Virus record (IMG/VR): IMGVR_UViG_3300033075_001053
Location: 1-64,000 of that record
DNA: 64,000 nt
Strand: one strand, 5' to 3'
DNA from: a virus
Lineage: Duplodnaviria > Caudoviricetes
Shown here: positions 1 through 7,976 of the stretch, in pieces
How the letters are laid out: every line of letters starts with the position of its first letter
Position numbering within the stretch: position 1 is the stretch's first letter
Position numbers and translations under genes: made by a program
Notes under the pieces: model-generated
The model's database searches: none
What the model was told of the DNA's origin: nothing
What the model saw: only the letters and a program-made list of their open reading frames with translations

Positions 1-230
1 ATTTTTTGAATGAGAGAAGACAAGCAGTAATCGTTCCCAGCCAGAGCCGCTAAACTTGCTGCGTGAATGTCAACGTAAGATTTGCCAGACTCAAATTCAT
101 CTTTAGCCCTACGGACAATCGCTTTTGCATAACGCGAAGCCAATCGGTCGTCTTGTCTTGTCTTTGCGTCTGCATCAAGAATGTTTACAATGTCTTTACC
201 AATCTCAACTTGCAATTCATCGTTTTTCAT
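1..230 (-). CDS. hypothetical protein, truncated by window edge (MKNDELQVEIGKDIVNILDAD...)
   Basis: Manually translated; ATG at 230 preceded by GGAG; open to position 3; not in ORF track. Confidence 0.6.
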   Translation of the reverse strand, partial: MKNDELQVEIGKDIVNILDADAKTRQDDRLASRYAKAIVRRAKDEFESGKSYVDIHAASLAALAGNDYCLSSLIQK

Positions 231-555
231 AATAATACTCCATTGTGTTAGCCCCTAAATAGGTTCTATGTGTCGCGCTTAAAGCGCCTACGTTAGATTG
301 TCAAGGATCAGAGCCGAAACCCCAGCTAAGTGCTCTATTTGAGCACTATCATTGCTGGGGCTATGTTATCGGTGTATGTGAAGTTAGGCGTGTTAGTGTG
401 CAATCCTGACTAATACCATGCAAAATTTCTCTAATCTTTGCACGACCCAACGAGTGCGAGGATTTTCGCAGGACTAATACAGATTGTGTATTGTCGTAAT
501 TGCCCTATGCCTATACTATGTAAAAACGTTACTGTCAGCTCGACAATGAAGAATA

Positions 556-685
556 GAGAATGAGCCGAAACGAGAGAAGTATAGTGGAGAATGAAGTAAA
601 CATGGGGGGAAGTACAGTTGAGAATGAGCCGTAATAGGGGGGAAGTATAGTTGAGAGGGAAGCAAACATGGGGGGAATTGGTGTT
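556..685. repeat. four imperfect tandem repeats of 31-33 bp (GAGAATGA...GGGGGGAAGTA.AGTT)
   Basis: Units start at 556, 587, 620 and 653; units 1/3 and 2/4 resemble each other. Confidence 0.85.
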
Positions 686-917
686 ACTTGGCGAATCTCA
701 ACTGATCGCCGTAAATCGTTGAAACTTATGAACTTGCGTGGTTTAGCCACAATGCAAATACCATTGTAGCAACTATCAAAACGTGAACACAAGCCCAGCA
801 ATTACAACGAATTGCGTCAGGCAATTTACACGTTGCCGAAGCCCAGCCATGCGGCGGCACGACCCCACCCCCGCATCACACGGCGACCTACGCGAAACCA
901 TAATATATCCCCTTCCA

Positions 918-1000
918 CTACTATGGGCAAATTCCCACGAGTTTCCTACTATGTCCAAATTCCCACGAGTCCCCTACTAATAGCCTTTTCACGAGCTTCC
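918..1000. repeat. three tandem 27-28 bp repeats (CTACTATG..CAAATTCCCACGAG)
   Basis: Units at 918-945, 946-973 and 974-1000; CACGAG core in all three. Confidence 0.85.
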
Positions 1001-1240
1001 ACTGATGGTCCCCCTACCAAAAGTAGGTACCAGAAGTAGGTGTTGTACCTATGAAAGGGCAAACCCCGGGAAAATCGCTATTAGCGCTTCAAATTCGCAC
1101 ATTTGCCTTCCAAAAAAAATCTGTGGGGTAAACCCCGTGAGTCCCCTGCGAAATTTGAAAAATTTGGGGGTATAATTTCTGATGAGCTTCGAGGTAAAAG
1201 CTGCGAAATTTGAGCGCTGATAGCGTTTTTACGGGGGTTC

Positions 1241-1681
1241 TTACAACTGTTTTTTGTAGTTGTGGGAGTCTTCTAAAAGGAAGCGTTTTTCTTCTGGTGA
1301 GAGCTCGGTCATTTTGATCGACAGGCCGTTTCTATGCAGGACGTTGTAGCGGTATTCGGGCTTTATGTGTTTGAGGGCGGCGGCGGTCATTATAGTAGCC
1401 ATGGAAAGGACGTCGATGGAGCGAAGGTGATGTTGTTTTGCCAGCTCGTCTGCCAGAAGGATAACGTCCAGGTGTAGGGGGATGTAGGATTTTTTTGGGT
1501 GTGGGGAGTAGGGGACGATATCGATGTCCTCGGGCGAGAAGATGGAAAGGGAGTAGCTGACGGCGTCCGAGAAGGAGAACTCGACGCGGTAGTAGCGGAA
1601 CCACCAAAGTCTTATGTATTGGGCGGCTTTCTTGGCCGGCAGCGAAATTGGCTTATTATGGTAGAATTTGTTCACGCGCAA
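1241..1681 (-). CDS. hypothetical protein, possible small DNA-binding regulator
   Basis: 146-aa ORF with TTG start, divergent from the + strand operon; no firm motif. Confidence 0.5.
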   Translation of the reverse strand: MRVNKFYHNKPISLPAKKAAQYIRLWWFRYYRVEFSFSDAVSYSLSIFSPEDIDIVPYSPHPKKSYIPLHLDVILLADELAKQHHLRSIDVLSMATIMTAAALKHIKPEYRYNVLHRNGLSIKMTELSPEEKRFLLEDSHNYKKQL

Positions 1682-1688
1682 ATATAAA

Positions 1689-1696
1689 TATTTTTG
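1689..1696 (+). promoter_or_regulatory. TATTTTTG, matches Bacteroidota-type -7 promoter element TAnnTTTG
   Basis: Intergenic, upstream of the + operon; the same octamer is intergenic at 39646 and 50507. Confidence 0.4.
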
Positions 1697-1775
1697 AGGA
1701 AGCTAAAAAATAATTTGCATACGTTATATTATTGTTGTAGATTTGTACGTGAGATTGATCCGCGCAAAAATCGGC

Positions 1776-1865
1776 ATGACGCAATTTATCGAAGCTTTCC
1801 GTAAGGGTCTGTTTCAGGAAGTAGTCGAATTTAAAAGACTCAGCGCTGTAAAAGATGAGACTTAA
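1776..1865 (+). CDS. micro-ORF, 29 aa (MTQFIEAFRKGLFQEVVEFKRLSAVKDET)
   Basis: Manual translation; overlaps next ORF start. Confidence 0.45.
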   Translation: MTQFIEAFRKGLFQEVVEFKRLSAVKDET

Positions 1866-1986
1866 AAAGCACGAGCAAGCGTGGATGATCTTCGAAATCT
1901 TTAAGGATTTGGATTTGTTCAACGACATTAAAGGAGTCTTGTTTGACAAAAATGCGATTGACCTCGACGAAGGGTTCCGTCTATAA
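1855..1986 (+). CDS. micro-ORF A, 43 aa (MRLKKHEQAWMIFEIFKDLDLF...)
   Basis: Manual translation; resembles ORFs B and C. Confidence 0.6.
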   Translation: MRLKKHEQAWMIFEIFKDLDLFNDIKGVLFDKNAIDLDEGFRL

Positions 1987-2065
1987 GATTTTTCATCTTT
2001 TTACTGATCTTGACATTTTGACCCGCGACCCGATGTTCGCACTTACGCAAAGCTGGGAACGATGA
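1952..2065 (+). CDS. micro-ORF B, 37 aa (MRLTSTKGSVYKIFHLFTDLDIL...)
   Basis: Manual translation; ATGA overlap with ORF C. Confidence 0.6.
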   Translation: MRLTSTKGSVYKIFHLFTDLDILTRDPMFALTQSWER

Positions 2066-2187
2066 GACTGCAAGAAAGGATTCGTAGGCTTGACCTTCGT
2101 AAGACGTTTGGTGAGTTTGACCTATTCCAACGTTTAGATTTTGGGTTTGACCTTGATATTCATCCGATTGAAACACTACCTAAATAA
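2062..2187 (+). CDS. micro-ORF C, 41 aa (MRLQERIRRLDLRKTFGEFDLF...)
   Basis: Manual translation; ATGA-coupled to ORF B. Confidence 0.6.
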   Translation: MRLQERIRRLDLRKTFGEFDLFQRLDFGFDLDIHPIETLPK

Positions 2188-2272
2188 CTTCGCAACTGCA
2201 GCCGTGCCCAATCTTGCTTCGGGTCTCGGCCTTCGAACAACAGAATTCTATCACAATACATTTCATTTTGCC

Positions 2273-2365
2273 ATGGACGACATTTCAGACTACATCACGA
2301 GCAGAAAGCCAAAAGATCCACCGAACGACCCTAAGGAGAAGTTTGGCGAGGATTTGGAGGACTAA
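2273..2365 (+). CDS. micro-ORF, 30 aa, acidic and Pro-rich
   Basis: ATG at 2273; TAATG coupling to next gene. Confidence 0.5.
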   Translation: MDDISDYITSRKPKDPPNDPKEKFGEDLED

Positions 2366-2589
2366 TGAAGATATCAAAGTTTGTGGCCGAGGTCGAGTAC
2401 TTTGAGCGTTGTTGCAAAGGAAAGAAAGAGGAAGAACATCCTTATCTCTTCAAGCGCCTGGCCCTTGCTCGCGGCGCCCTATTAAAGGAACTGGATCGGC
2501 TGCAGGCCGAGTACGGTCCTTCGTGGGATCAGTTTGTCAAACACAAGAAATTAGAGAATGCTCGAACGCTCACCGGATCCTCCAATTGA
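2365..2589 (+). CDS. hypothetical protein
   Basis: 74-aa ORF in coupled operon. Confidence 0.65.
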   Translation: MKISKFVAEVEYFERCCKGKKEEEHPYLFKRLALARGALLKELDRLQAEYGPSWDQFVKHKKLENARTLTGSSN

Positions 2590-2773
2590 AATCCCATGGA
2601 CAAGGGAGAACTTCCCTCTGGGGTTCATGAACATCGGGGATAGGTTCATCGTGCAGCCTAAAAAACTCCCGACTCTGTACCGCGTCCTAAGGATTATTCA
2701 CAAGGAAACTTTGCGTCACTATGTTGTTTTTACCTCCCGCGCCGGGGAGAAAATCTGTATGAGGGCAGAATGA
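2558..2773 (+). CDS. hypothetical protein
   Basis: 71-aa ORF; ATGA overlap with nuclease. Confidence 0.65.
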   Translation: MLERSPDPPIEIPWTRENFPLGFMNIGDRFIVQPKKLPTLYRVLRIIHKETLRHYVVFTSRAGEKICMRAE

Positions 2774-3594
2774 TCGTCAATATTCCTATAGAAGTCCCGG
2801 AGATCCGGCAGATAACTTATGAGGACGGCCAAAGATTCTACTGCGACCGCCAGATGAACTTCTACCCTTCGTGGACTACCTTTCTGGGAGCCGCCCTCCC
2901 GACAGATAAGTACTTGAAGAAGTGGCTCAAGAACAATACGGCGGAGTACATCGAAGATGTTCTTGATAGTACCAGCTTTTATGGTACCTGTTATCACGTT
3001 CTTGTAGAGTACTTCGACGAGAACGGGTTTATCCTGACCGAGACGGCCAAAAGAATGCTCTCGCAGAAGTTTAACGAAGACGAGAAGTTTGACCTTATCT
3101 GTAAGCACCTGGCCTCATGGGTGAAGTTCCGTCGCGAGCGGGACGTGACCGTCCTGGCCTCTGAAGTTCCTCTGGTCTCGAAGAAGTATAATCTGGCCGG
3201 GACTATCGATAAGGTAGTGGAAATGAAGTTCGGCACAAAAAAAGTCCGTGCCGTCATTGATATCAAGTCCGGAGAAAATTCTTATTTGCAGCACGCCCTT
3301 CAGGTCCACGGATACATGAGAATGTGGAACGAGTGTTACCCGGATTACCCTGTGACCCACTGTTTTAACTTCCATCCTAAGGATTGGAGAACGGAGCCGA
3401 CCTACGAGCTTATTAACCAGACCACTCACGAAGGAGCTGAAGACCTGGAAGATTACATTGCTATCTACTCGAGAAAGAAAGTCCGCCCCCGCGGTAAGGT
3501 CATGTGGGCCTCGAAGATTTCCTTGAATGACGACCTTGCGAATCTAACCCGGTACGTTGAGCCGGAAGTTTTTTACCAATCTTTATTCGAATGA
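2770..3594 (+). CDS. PD-(D/E)XK exonuclease (phage recombination nuclease)
   Basis: LAGTID...VIDIKSG catalytic motifs followed by LQ.H.Y. Confidence 0.85.
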   Translation: MIVNIPIEVPEIRQITYEDGQRFYCDRQMNFYPSWTTFLGAALPTDKYLKKWLKNNTAEYIEDVLDSTSFYGTCYHVLVEYFDENGFILTETAKRMLSQKFNEDEKFDLICKHLASWVKFRRERDVTVLASEVPLVSKKYNLAGTIDKVVEMKFGTKKVRAVIDIKSGENSYLQHALQVHGYMRMWNECYPDYPVTHCFNFHPKDWRTEPTYELINQTTHEGAEDLEDYIAIYSRKKVRPRGKVMWASKISLNDDLANLTRYVEPEVFYQSLFE

Positions 3595-3758
3595 ACTACC
3601 ACTATTACAAGTCGAAGTCCGAGTGGCGATTCCAGATCGTCTCCAAAGGACGGATTGTAGCTTGGGGCGAAGGGTATAAATCCAAAAGAGGAGCCCTTGT
3701 CATGCTGAAACATTTGATTGGGATCAAGAAAATCATTGAAGGGAAATACAGGAAATGA
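3591..3758 (+). CDS. DUF1508/YegP-like small protein, 55 aa
   Basis: Manual translation YYKSKSEWRFQIVSKGRIVAWGEGYKSKRGA fits the WRF..GEGY.SK pattern; ATGA overlaps at both ends. Confidence 0.7.
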   Translation: MNYHYYKSKSEWRFQIVSKGRIVAWGEGYKSKRGALVMLKHLIGIKKIIEGKYRK

Positions 3759-4036
3759 AACTAATCTTCATTTATCCGAATGCTTTCGCCGATGATATGT
3801 CGGCGGAAAAACTACAAGGGATTATTGATTCCGGTAAGACCACTGTTCTTTCTACGGTTAACCCTGATGTGGCGAAGTACATCACTACCATAGATGTGCC
3901 ATCGCTCAAAGCCGAGTGGGACAAGCCCGGGGTGATTATCCCCTTTGCACAACCGACTGAATACGCAAAATACATATTGGGGTTCTTGATTCTTAACGCA
4001 ATCAGTACTCTTATTCTTTTACTTAAATCACTCTAA
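3755..4036 (+). CDS. hypothetical protein
   Basis: 93-aa ORF with hydrophobic C-terminus. Confidence 0.6.
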   Translation: MKLIFIYPNAFADDMSAEKLQGIIDSGKTTVLSTVNPDVAKYITTIDVPSLKAEWDKPGVIIPFAQPTEYAKYILGFLILNAISTLILLLKSL

Positions 4037-4040
4037 ATAT

Positions 4041-4688
4041 ATGGGCGCTCACATCAGAGAACAGGTCTCTAAGAAATGGTACGCACCTCGCGTTGTCGAG
4101 GTCGGCAATAAAGTCTTCGGCAAATTCCGAACAGGTAAAAAGGACAATTATGAATACTTTGACGTCCTCGATGGGGCGCTCAGAGAAATTGTTCTTGAAA
4201 TTGGGGAGTTCGACGGCGAGCCAACAAGAAGTTACAATTTTATTCTTGTTGATGAAGACGGCTCTCAATCAATTCTTCAGTCTTCTGAGCAGTCGGCCTT
4301 TGCTCAAAGTATGCTCAGCAAACTGGCCTCACTTGAGTTAATTGATACAGTCTCTATCAGCGCCTACGTCTATCAGATCAATGATAAAAACATCGTTCTG
4401 CCGAGTATCAGAGTGGGCGGAGAGAAGATCAAACCCTACTACAGAAGCATTCGAAGAGACGACGATCCTGATGACGCTCTCTACCTCCCCGAGACACATG
4501 AGATCATGGTTAACAATAAGAAAGTGACTGACAAAACCGAACGGTTGAGATTCCTGGAAGACCTTCACCACGCTCTTAACGCTCGGATGGTGAATAATCC
4601 GGCTAACTGGAGGATCGACGACCAGGAACCAGTCCACGAAAAGCCAAAAGAAAAACCAACAGAGGAGTTTGACGATGTCCCATTCTGA
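4041..4688 (+). CDS. probable single-stranded DNA-binding protein
   Basis: Beta-rich body and acidic tail ending EEFDDVPF; lies near the nuclease. Confidence 0.65.
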   Translation: MGAHIREQVSKKWYAPRVVEVGNKVFGKFRTGKKDNYEYFDVLDGALREIVLEIGEFDGEPTRSYNFILVDEDGSQSILQSSEQSAFAQSMLSKLASLELIDTVSISAYVYQINDKNIVLPSIRVGGEKIKPYYRSIRRDDDPDDALYLPETHEIMVNNKKVTDKTERLRFLEDLHHALNARMVNNPANWRIDDQEPVHEKPKEKPTEEFDDVPF

Positions 4689-5763
4689 GGTAGTTGAAGT
4701 AGTTCAAACCGAACTCGAGGAAGTCATTCAAAACGAAGCTCTTGAGGCCTCGACCAGAAATGATCTCATGACAAACTTCTTCCCGTTCTGGCAGCAGTTT
4801 GACGCGATGAGAGAGAAGGCCGCGTCTCTTGTTGTGACCTCGCCCGAGGACAAGGCCATCATGCGCGAGGCCGATGAAACCCGTCTGGTCTTGAAGAAGA
4901 TCCGAACCACGGTCGAGAAGCGCCGAAAGGAATTAAAGGCCGACTCTCTGGCTAAAGGTCGGGCGATTGACTCGGTGGCTAAGTTAATCACCGAGAAGAT
5001 CGAGCCCTTAGAGGAGCACTGCCGCCAGCAGGCTGAGTGGATTGTAATCTACGAAGCCAAGCGAAAGGAGGAGCTTACCGCAGCAAGATCTCAAGAACTC
5101 TCCCCGTACGCCCGAGTCGAACTTTACGACCTTGGGAATATGGAAGAAGAGGAATTCCAAGAGATCTTGTCAGCGGCCAAAGACGCTCACACACTGAGAC
5201 TTCAACGGGAAGAAGAAGCCCGATTGGCTGAGGAGCGGCGAAAGGCTGAGGCTGAGGCCGAACGCCAAAGACTCTTAGAGGAGGCCAAGAAGAACCGAGA
5301 AGAAAATGAACAACTGGCCGCCGAGTTAAAGAAGCAAAAGGAAGCCGAGGCCAAGGCGTTAAAAGAAGCCGAGGAAGAGAAGAAGCGACTGGCCGCTAAA
5401 GTTGAGGCCGAGCGAAGGGCAGCAGAAGCCGAACGTCAAAGGATCATCCAAGAGGCTGAAGCCGAGAAGTTAATGGCTGCCGCCGAAGCCCGCAAAGCAG
5501 AGGAGGTCCGCCGAAAGACTGAAGAAGCTCTTGCCAAAGCTGAGGCCGAGCGCGAAAGATTACTCTCGGAGAAGTTGGTCAAAGAAGAGGTCATCAAGAA
5601 TCAGGGTGAAGCAGCTATGTTTCTTGACATCGCTGATACCTTGGACCGAATGACCGGTCTCTACGCACCGGAAAAGTATAAAGCTTTCTGGGAGATCGTC
5701 CGAGGGTTACTATCAAAAACCAGTAAATACATCAGAGATAACGTTGGGAAGATTCAAGCGTAA
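4669..5763 (+). CDS. coiled-coil phage protein
   Basis: 364 aa with long E/A/K/R heptad region. Confidence 0.75.
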   Translation: MTMSHSEVVEVVQTELEEVIQNEALEASTRNDLMTNFFPFWQQFDAMREKAASLVVTSPEDKAIMREADETRLVLKKIRTTVEKRRKELKADSLAKGRAIDSVAKLITEKIEPLEEHCRQQAEWIVIYEAKRKEELTAARSQELSPYARVELYDLGNMEEEEFQEILSAAKDAHTLRLQREEEARLAEERRKAEAEAERQRLLEEAKKNREENEQLAAELKKQKEAEAKALKEAEEEKKRLAAKVEAERRAAEAERQRIIQEAEAEKLMAAAEARKAEEVRRKTEEALAKAEAERERLLSEKLVKEEVIKNQGEAAMFLDIADTLDRMTGLYAPEKYKAFWEIVRGLLSKTSKYIRDNVGKIQA

Positions 5764-6013
5764 ATACAAGTGGACCGAGCGCCAGGAACATTTTCTGATA
5801 CTTGAGAGAATGCGCGAAATCGATGAGCAGATGAGGGCAGCTCATTTGTATGGCAAGAAAATTCGTGGCCGGTTTACAACAATGATTACTCCACTCGAGT
5901 ATGTTGATATGTTAATTCGTAATTCTAATCGCGTCGATCACGATGACCTGTTCCGGGAAGGCAGTCGTGAAGGTGCTTTGGACGTGGATGAGGGTACGAC
6001 CAGCCCCTCTTAA
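5744..6013 (+). CDS. hypothetical protein
   Basis: 89-aa ORF. Confidence 0.6.
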   Translation: MGRFKRKYKWTERQEHFLILERMREIDEQMRAAHLYGKKIRGRFTTMITPLEYVDMLIRNSNRVDHDDLFREGSREGALDVDEGTTSPS

Positions 6014-6035
6014 TTATTCACTATAACAAACAGTT

Positions 6036-6389
6036 ATGAGCAAAACAAAAGTTGGTCCAAGAGAAGAGAAAGCTCCAGAAGTTGTTATCCATACGTTTTC
6101 CGGGCAAGGATACGATTGGGCCATTAATCGCCTGAAGATGGGCAAGCTTGTCTCGCGAGCAGGCTGGAACGGTAGCGGAATGTTTGTGATGATGAACCAA
6201 GGGAAAGAGGTTTATATCGATGAGGTCTATAATCCCGCGCTGAAGAAGTGGATGGACAATAATTGCGTCTCGCCAATAACCTTTCGTCCGTCCCTTTCTT
6301 TGAAGACTGCTCAAGGGGATATTGCTCCGGGGTGGTCGGCATCACATTCAGATATGCTTGCTGAAGATTGGTTTGAGGTGGAGCCATGA
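6036..6389 (+). CDS. DUF2829 / Tad2-like protein (candidate Thoeris anti-defence sponge)
   Basis: WAI..LK.GK.V.R.GWNG.GMFV at the N-terminus and GWSASHSDMLAEDW at the C-terminus. Confidence 0.8.
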   Translation: MSKTKVGPREEKAPEVVIHTFSGQGYDWAINRLKMGKLVSRAGWNGSGMFVMMNQGKEVYIDEVYNPALKKWMDNNCVSPITFRPSLSLKTAQGDIAPGWSASHSDMLAEDWFEVEP

Positions 6390-6559
6390 AAGTATTACTC
6401 AAAGAATTTGAACTACTTGATATGAAGGAAATCGAATCGTGGCTTCAACATGGACCGGAGTCGGTTCCTGTACAGCGCGAGGGATTTAACTGGTTTGTGC
6501 CCTGTATGATCCTTGCCGCCGGCCATGTGATTATTATTCTTATCAAGATACTGACATGA
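6386..6559 (+). CDS. hypothetical protein, 57 aa, hydrophobic C-terminus
   Basis: Manual translation; ATGA overlaps at both ends. Confidence 0.55.
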   Translation: MKVLLKEFELLDMKEIESWLQHGPESVPVQREGFNWFVPCMILAAGHVIIILIKILT

Positions 6560-6672
6560 GACTCGTAGACTGCAACATCAAAATAGGTTGTCTGCTTGTA
6601 AAAAAGTTTAGGATAACCTACGACATGTACCGTTTCACAAATGATTATTTCAAATTATTCCCTAAGTCATGA
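6556..6672 (+). CDS. hypothetical protein, 38 aa
   Basis: Manual translation; ATGA overlaps at both ends. Confidence 0.5.
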   Translation: MRLVDCNIKIGCLLVKKFRITYDMYRFTNDYFKLFPKS

Positions 6673-6959
6673 TTAAACCATTATTCGATAAAGTCATCAT
6701 TAAGTTAGATCCAGCAGAGGAGAAGGTCGGGAGTGTGTTTGTGGTCGGCGGTCTCGAGAAACGCTACAAGACCGGCATTGTAAAAGCCTCTGGCGGTCTG
6801 TGCTACAATGATAACGGGAAGGAATTCCCTTCTGAGGTTAACGTAGGCGACCGCGTCTTCATGGGCGAGTTCGCCGGGTTTGATATTGTTATTGACGGAG
6901 AGACATTCCTGATGTGCAGGGAGTCTGAGATCATTGCTAAAATTACGGAGGAAGTATGA
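6669..6959 (+). CDS. groES: co-chaperonin GroES (Cpn10)
   Basis: IKPLFDKVII...VNVGDRVF.GEFAG..I.IDGE.FL..RESEIIA signature. Confidence 0.92.
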   Translation: MIKPLFDKVIIKLDPAEEKVGSVFVVGGLEKRYKTGIVKASGGLCYNDNGKEFPSEVNVGDRVFMGEFAGFDIVIDGETFLMCRESEIIAKITEEV

Positions 6960-7294
6960 TTGGAAGAGAAGAGGTTGTCGTTCGTCGGAGCTTTACGCCC
7001 GAGGAACGTATAGTCATCGCTCAGGATATTTCTGATGCGAGTGTTAAGCTTGACGACTTGGAGGAACGCTATCGTGAGGTTAGAGCGGAGTGGACCGACA
7101 AGATTAAATCGGTCAAGGCTTCGATTAAGAAGTCGGTGGTGGATCTTCGCAAGGGTTACACAGAAGAATCGATCATCTGCGACATGATCCCCAACCTTGA
7201 CGCTGGGGTCATGGAGCTTTATGATGACAAGGTTACTCTTGTTTCTACCCGCCGACTCCTGCCGCACGAAAGACAAGAGGTGATCAATGGATAA
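6956..7294 (+). CDS. hypothetical protein
   Basis: 112-aa coupled ORF. Confidence 0.7.
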   Translation: MIGREEVVVRRSFTPEERIVIAQDISDASVKLDDLEERYREVRAEWTDKIKSVKASIKKSVVDLRKGYTEESIICDMIPNLDAGVMELYDDKVTLVSTRRLLPHERQEVING

Positions 7295-7976
7295 GATTAC
7301 CGTTGAAAAGCCTGGCGTGTACACCTTCCAGGAATTACCGAGGCCGGTGGATCGGACCCGTCTTTCTGAAACCACGAACATCCGCGGTCCGTTTGCCTAC
7401 TACCAAAAAACTAAATCAGATCGTGGCCGAAAGATTTTCAAGGTCACACGTAGTGAAGGCAAGGTCGTTTATATGGCCGACGAGTTTGACCCGTACGCAG
7501 CAATTATTATTGGCAAGGTTCAGATCAGCAATATTCTTGCTGAAATCGGTCTTAATGCGGCAGCGGTACCGGCAGATGTGGTTGTGTCTCGGCTCAAGAA
7601 GTTTCCGCAAATCTTTGAAGATCGCGCCGACTACATTGCGGTCCTTACTTCTTTCAAACGCTTTTTCGCAAAAGTATTGAGTGACTCAACTCAGGATAGA
7701 TCTCGGGAGAATCGTGGCATTACCAGCAAAAGTTCTTCGACGGACGTGACCACAGATCTTATCTCAAATTTCAATATCTGGGTTCGTCTCTTCCCCGGTG
7801 AGCCAAAGACCATTATCCCGGTTGATGTTGAACTTGTCCCGAACAATGGGTCGGTGTTTATCGCTCTTTCTTGTGACGCGTTGCCGTCGATTATCGAAGA
7901 TGCCATTGATGATATTTTGAGTCCGCTACTGGCCGAAGTCGTCGAAGATGGACAGGCTATCATTTTAGAAGCATGA
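7287..7976 (+). CDS. hypothetical phage protein
   Basis: 229-aa coupled ORF. Confidence 0.75.
   Translation: MDKITVEKPGVYTFQELPRPVDRTRLSETTNIRGPFAYYQKTKSDRGRKIFKVTRSEGKVVYMADEFDPYAAIIIGKVQISNILAEIGLNAAAVPADVVVSRLKKFPQIFEDRADYIAVLTSFKRFFAKVLSDSTQDRSRENRGITSKSSSTDVTTDLISNFNIWVRLFPGEPKTIIPVDVELVPNNGSVFIALSCDALPSIIEDAIDDILSPLLAEVVEDGQAIILEA

Noticed and set aside
556-1000. CRISPR array
   Set aside because: Repeats are directly adjacent and degenerate with no unique spacers; no cas genes seen
535-1039. ORFs in the control region (535-801, 783-980, 812-1039 and others)
   Set aside because: Translations mirror the DNA repeats and have no RBS or coupling; the region is more likely non-coding
2770-3594. 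Cas4 / CRISPR adaptation gene
   Set aside because: PD-(D/E)XK motif present, but the four-Cys Fe-S cluster pattern is lacking and it sits in a recombination module next to SSB
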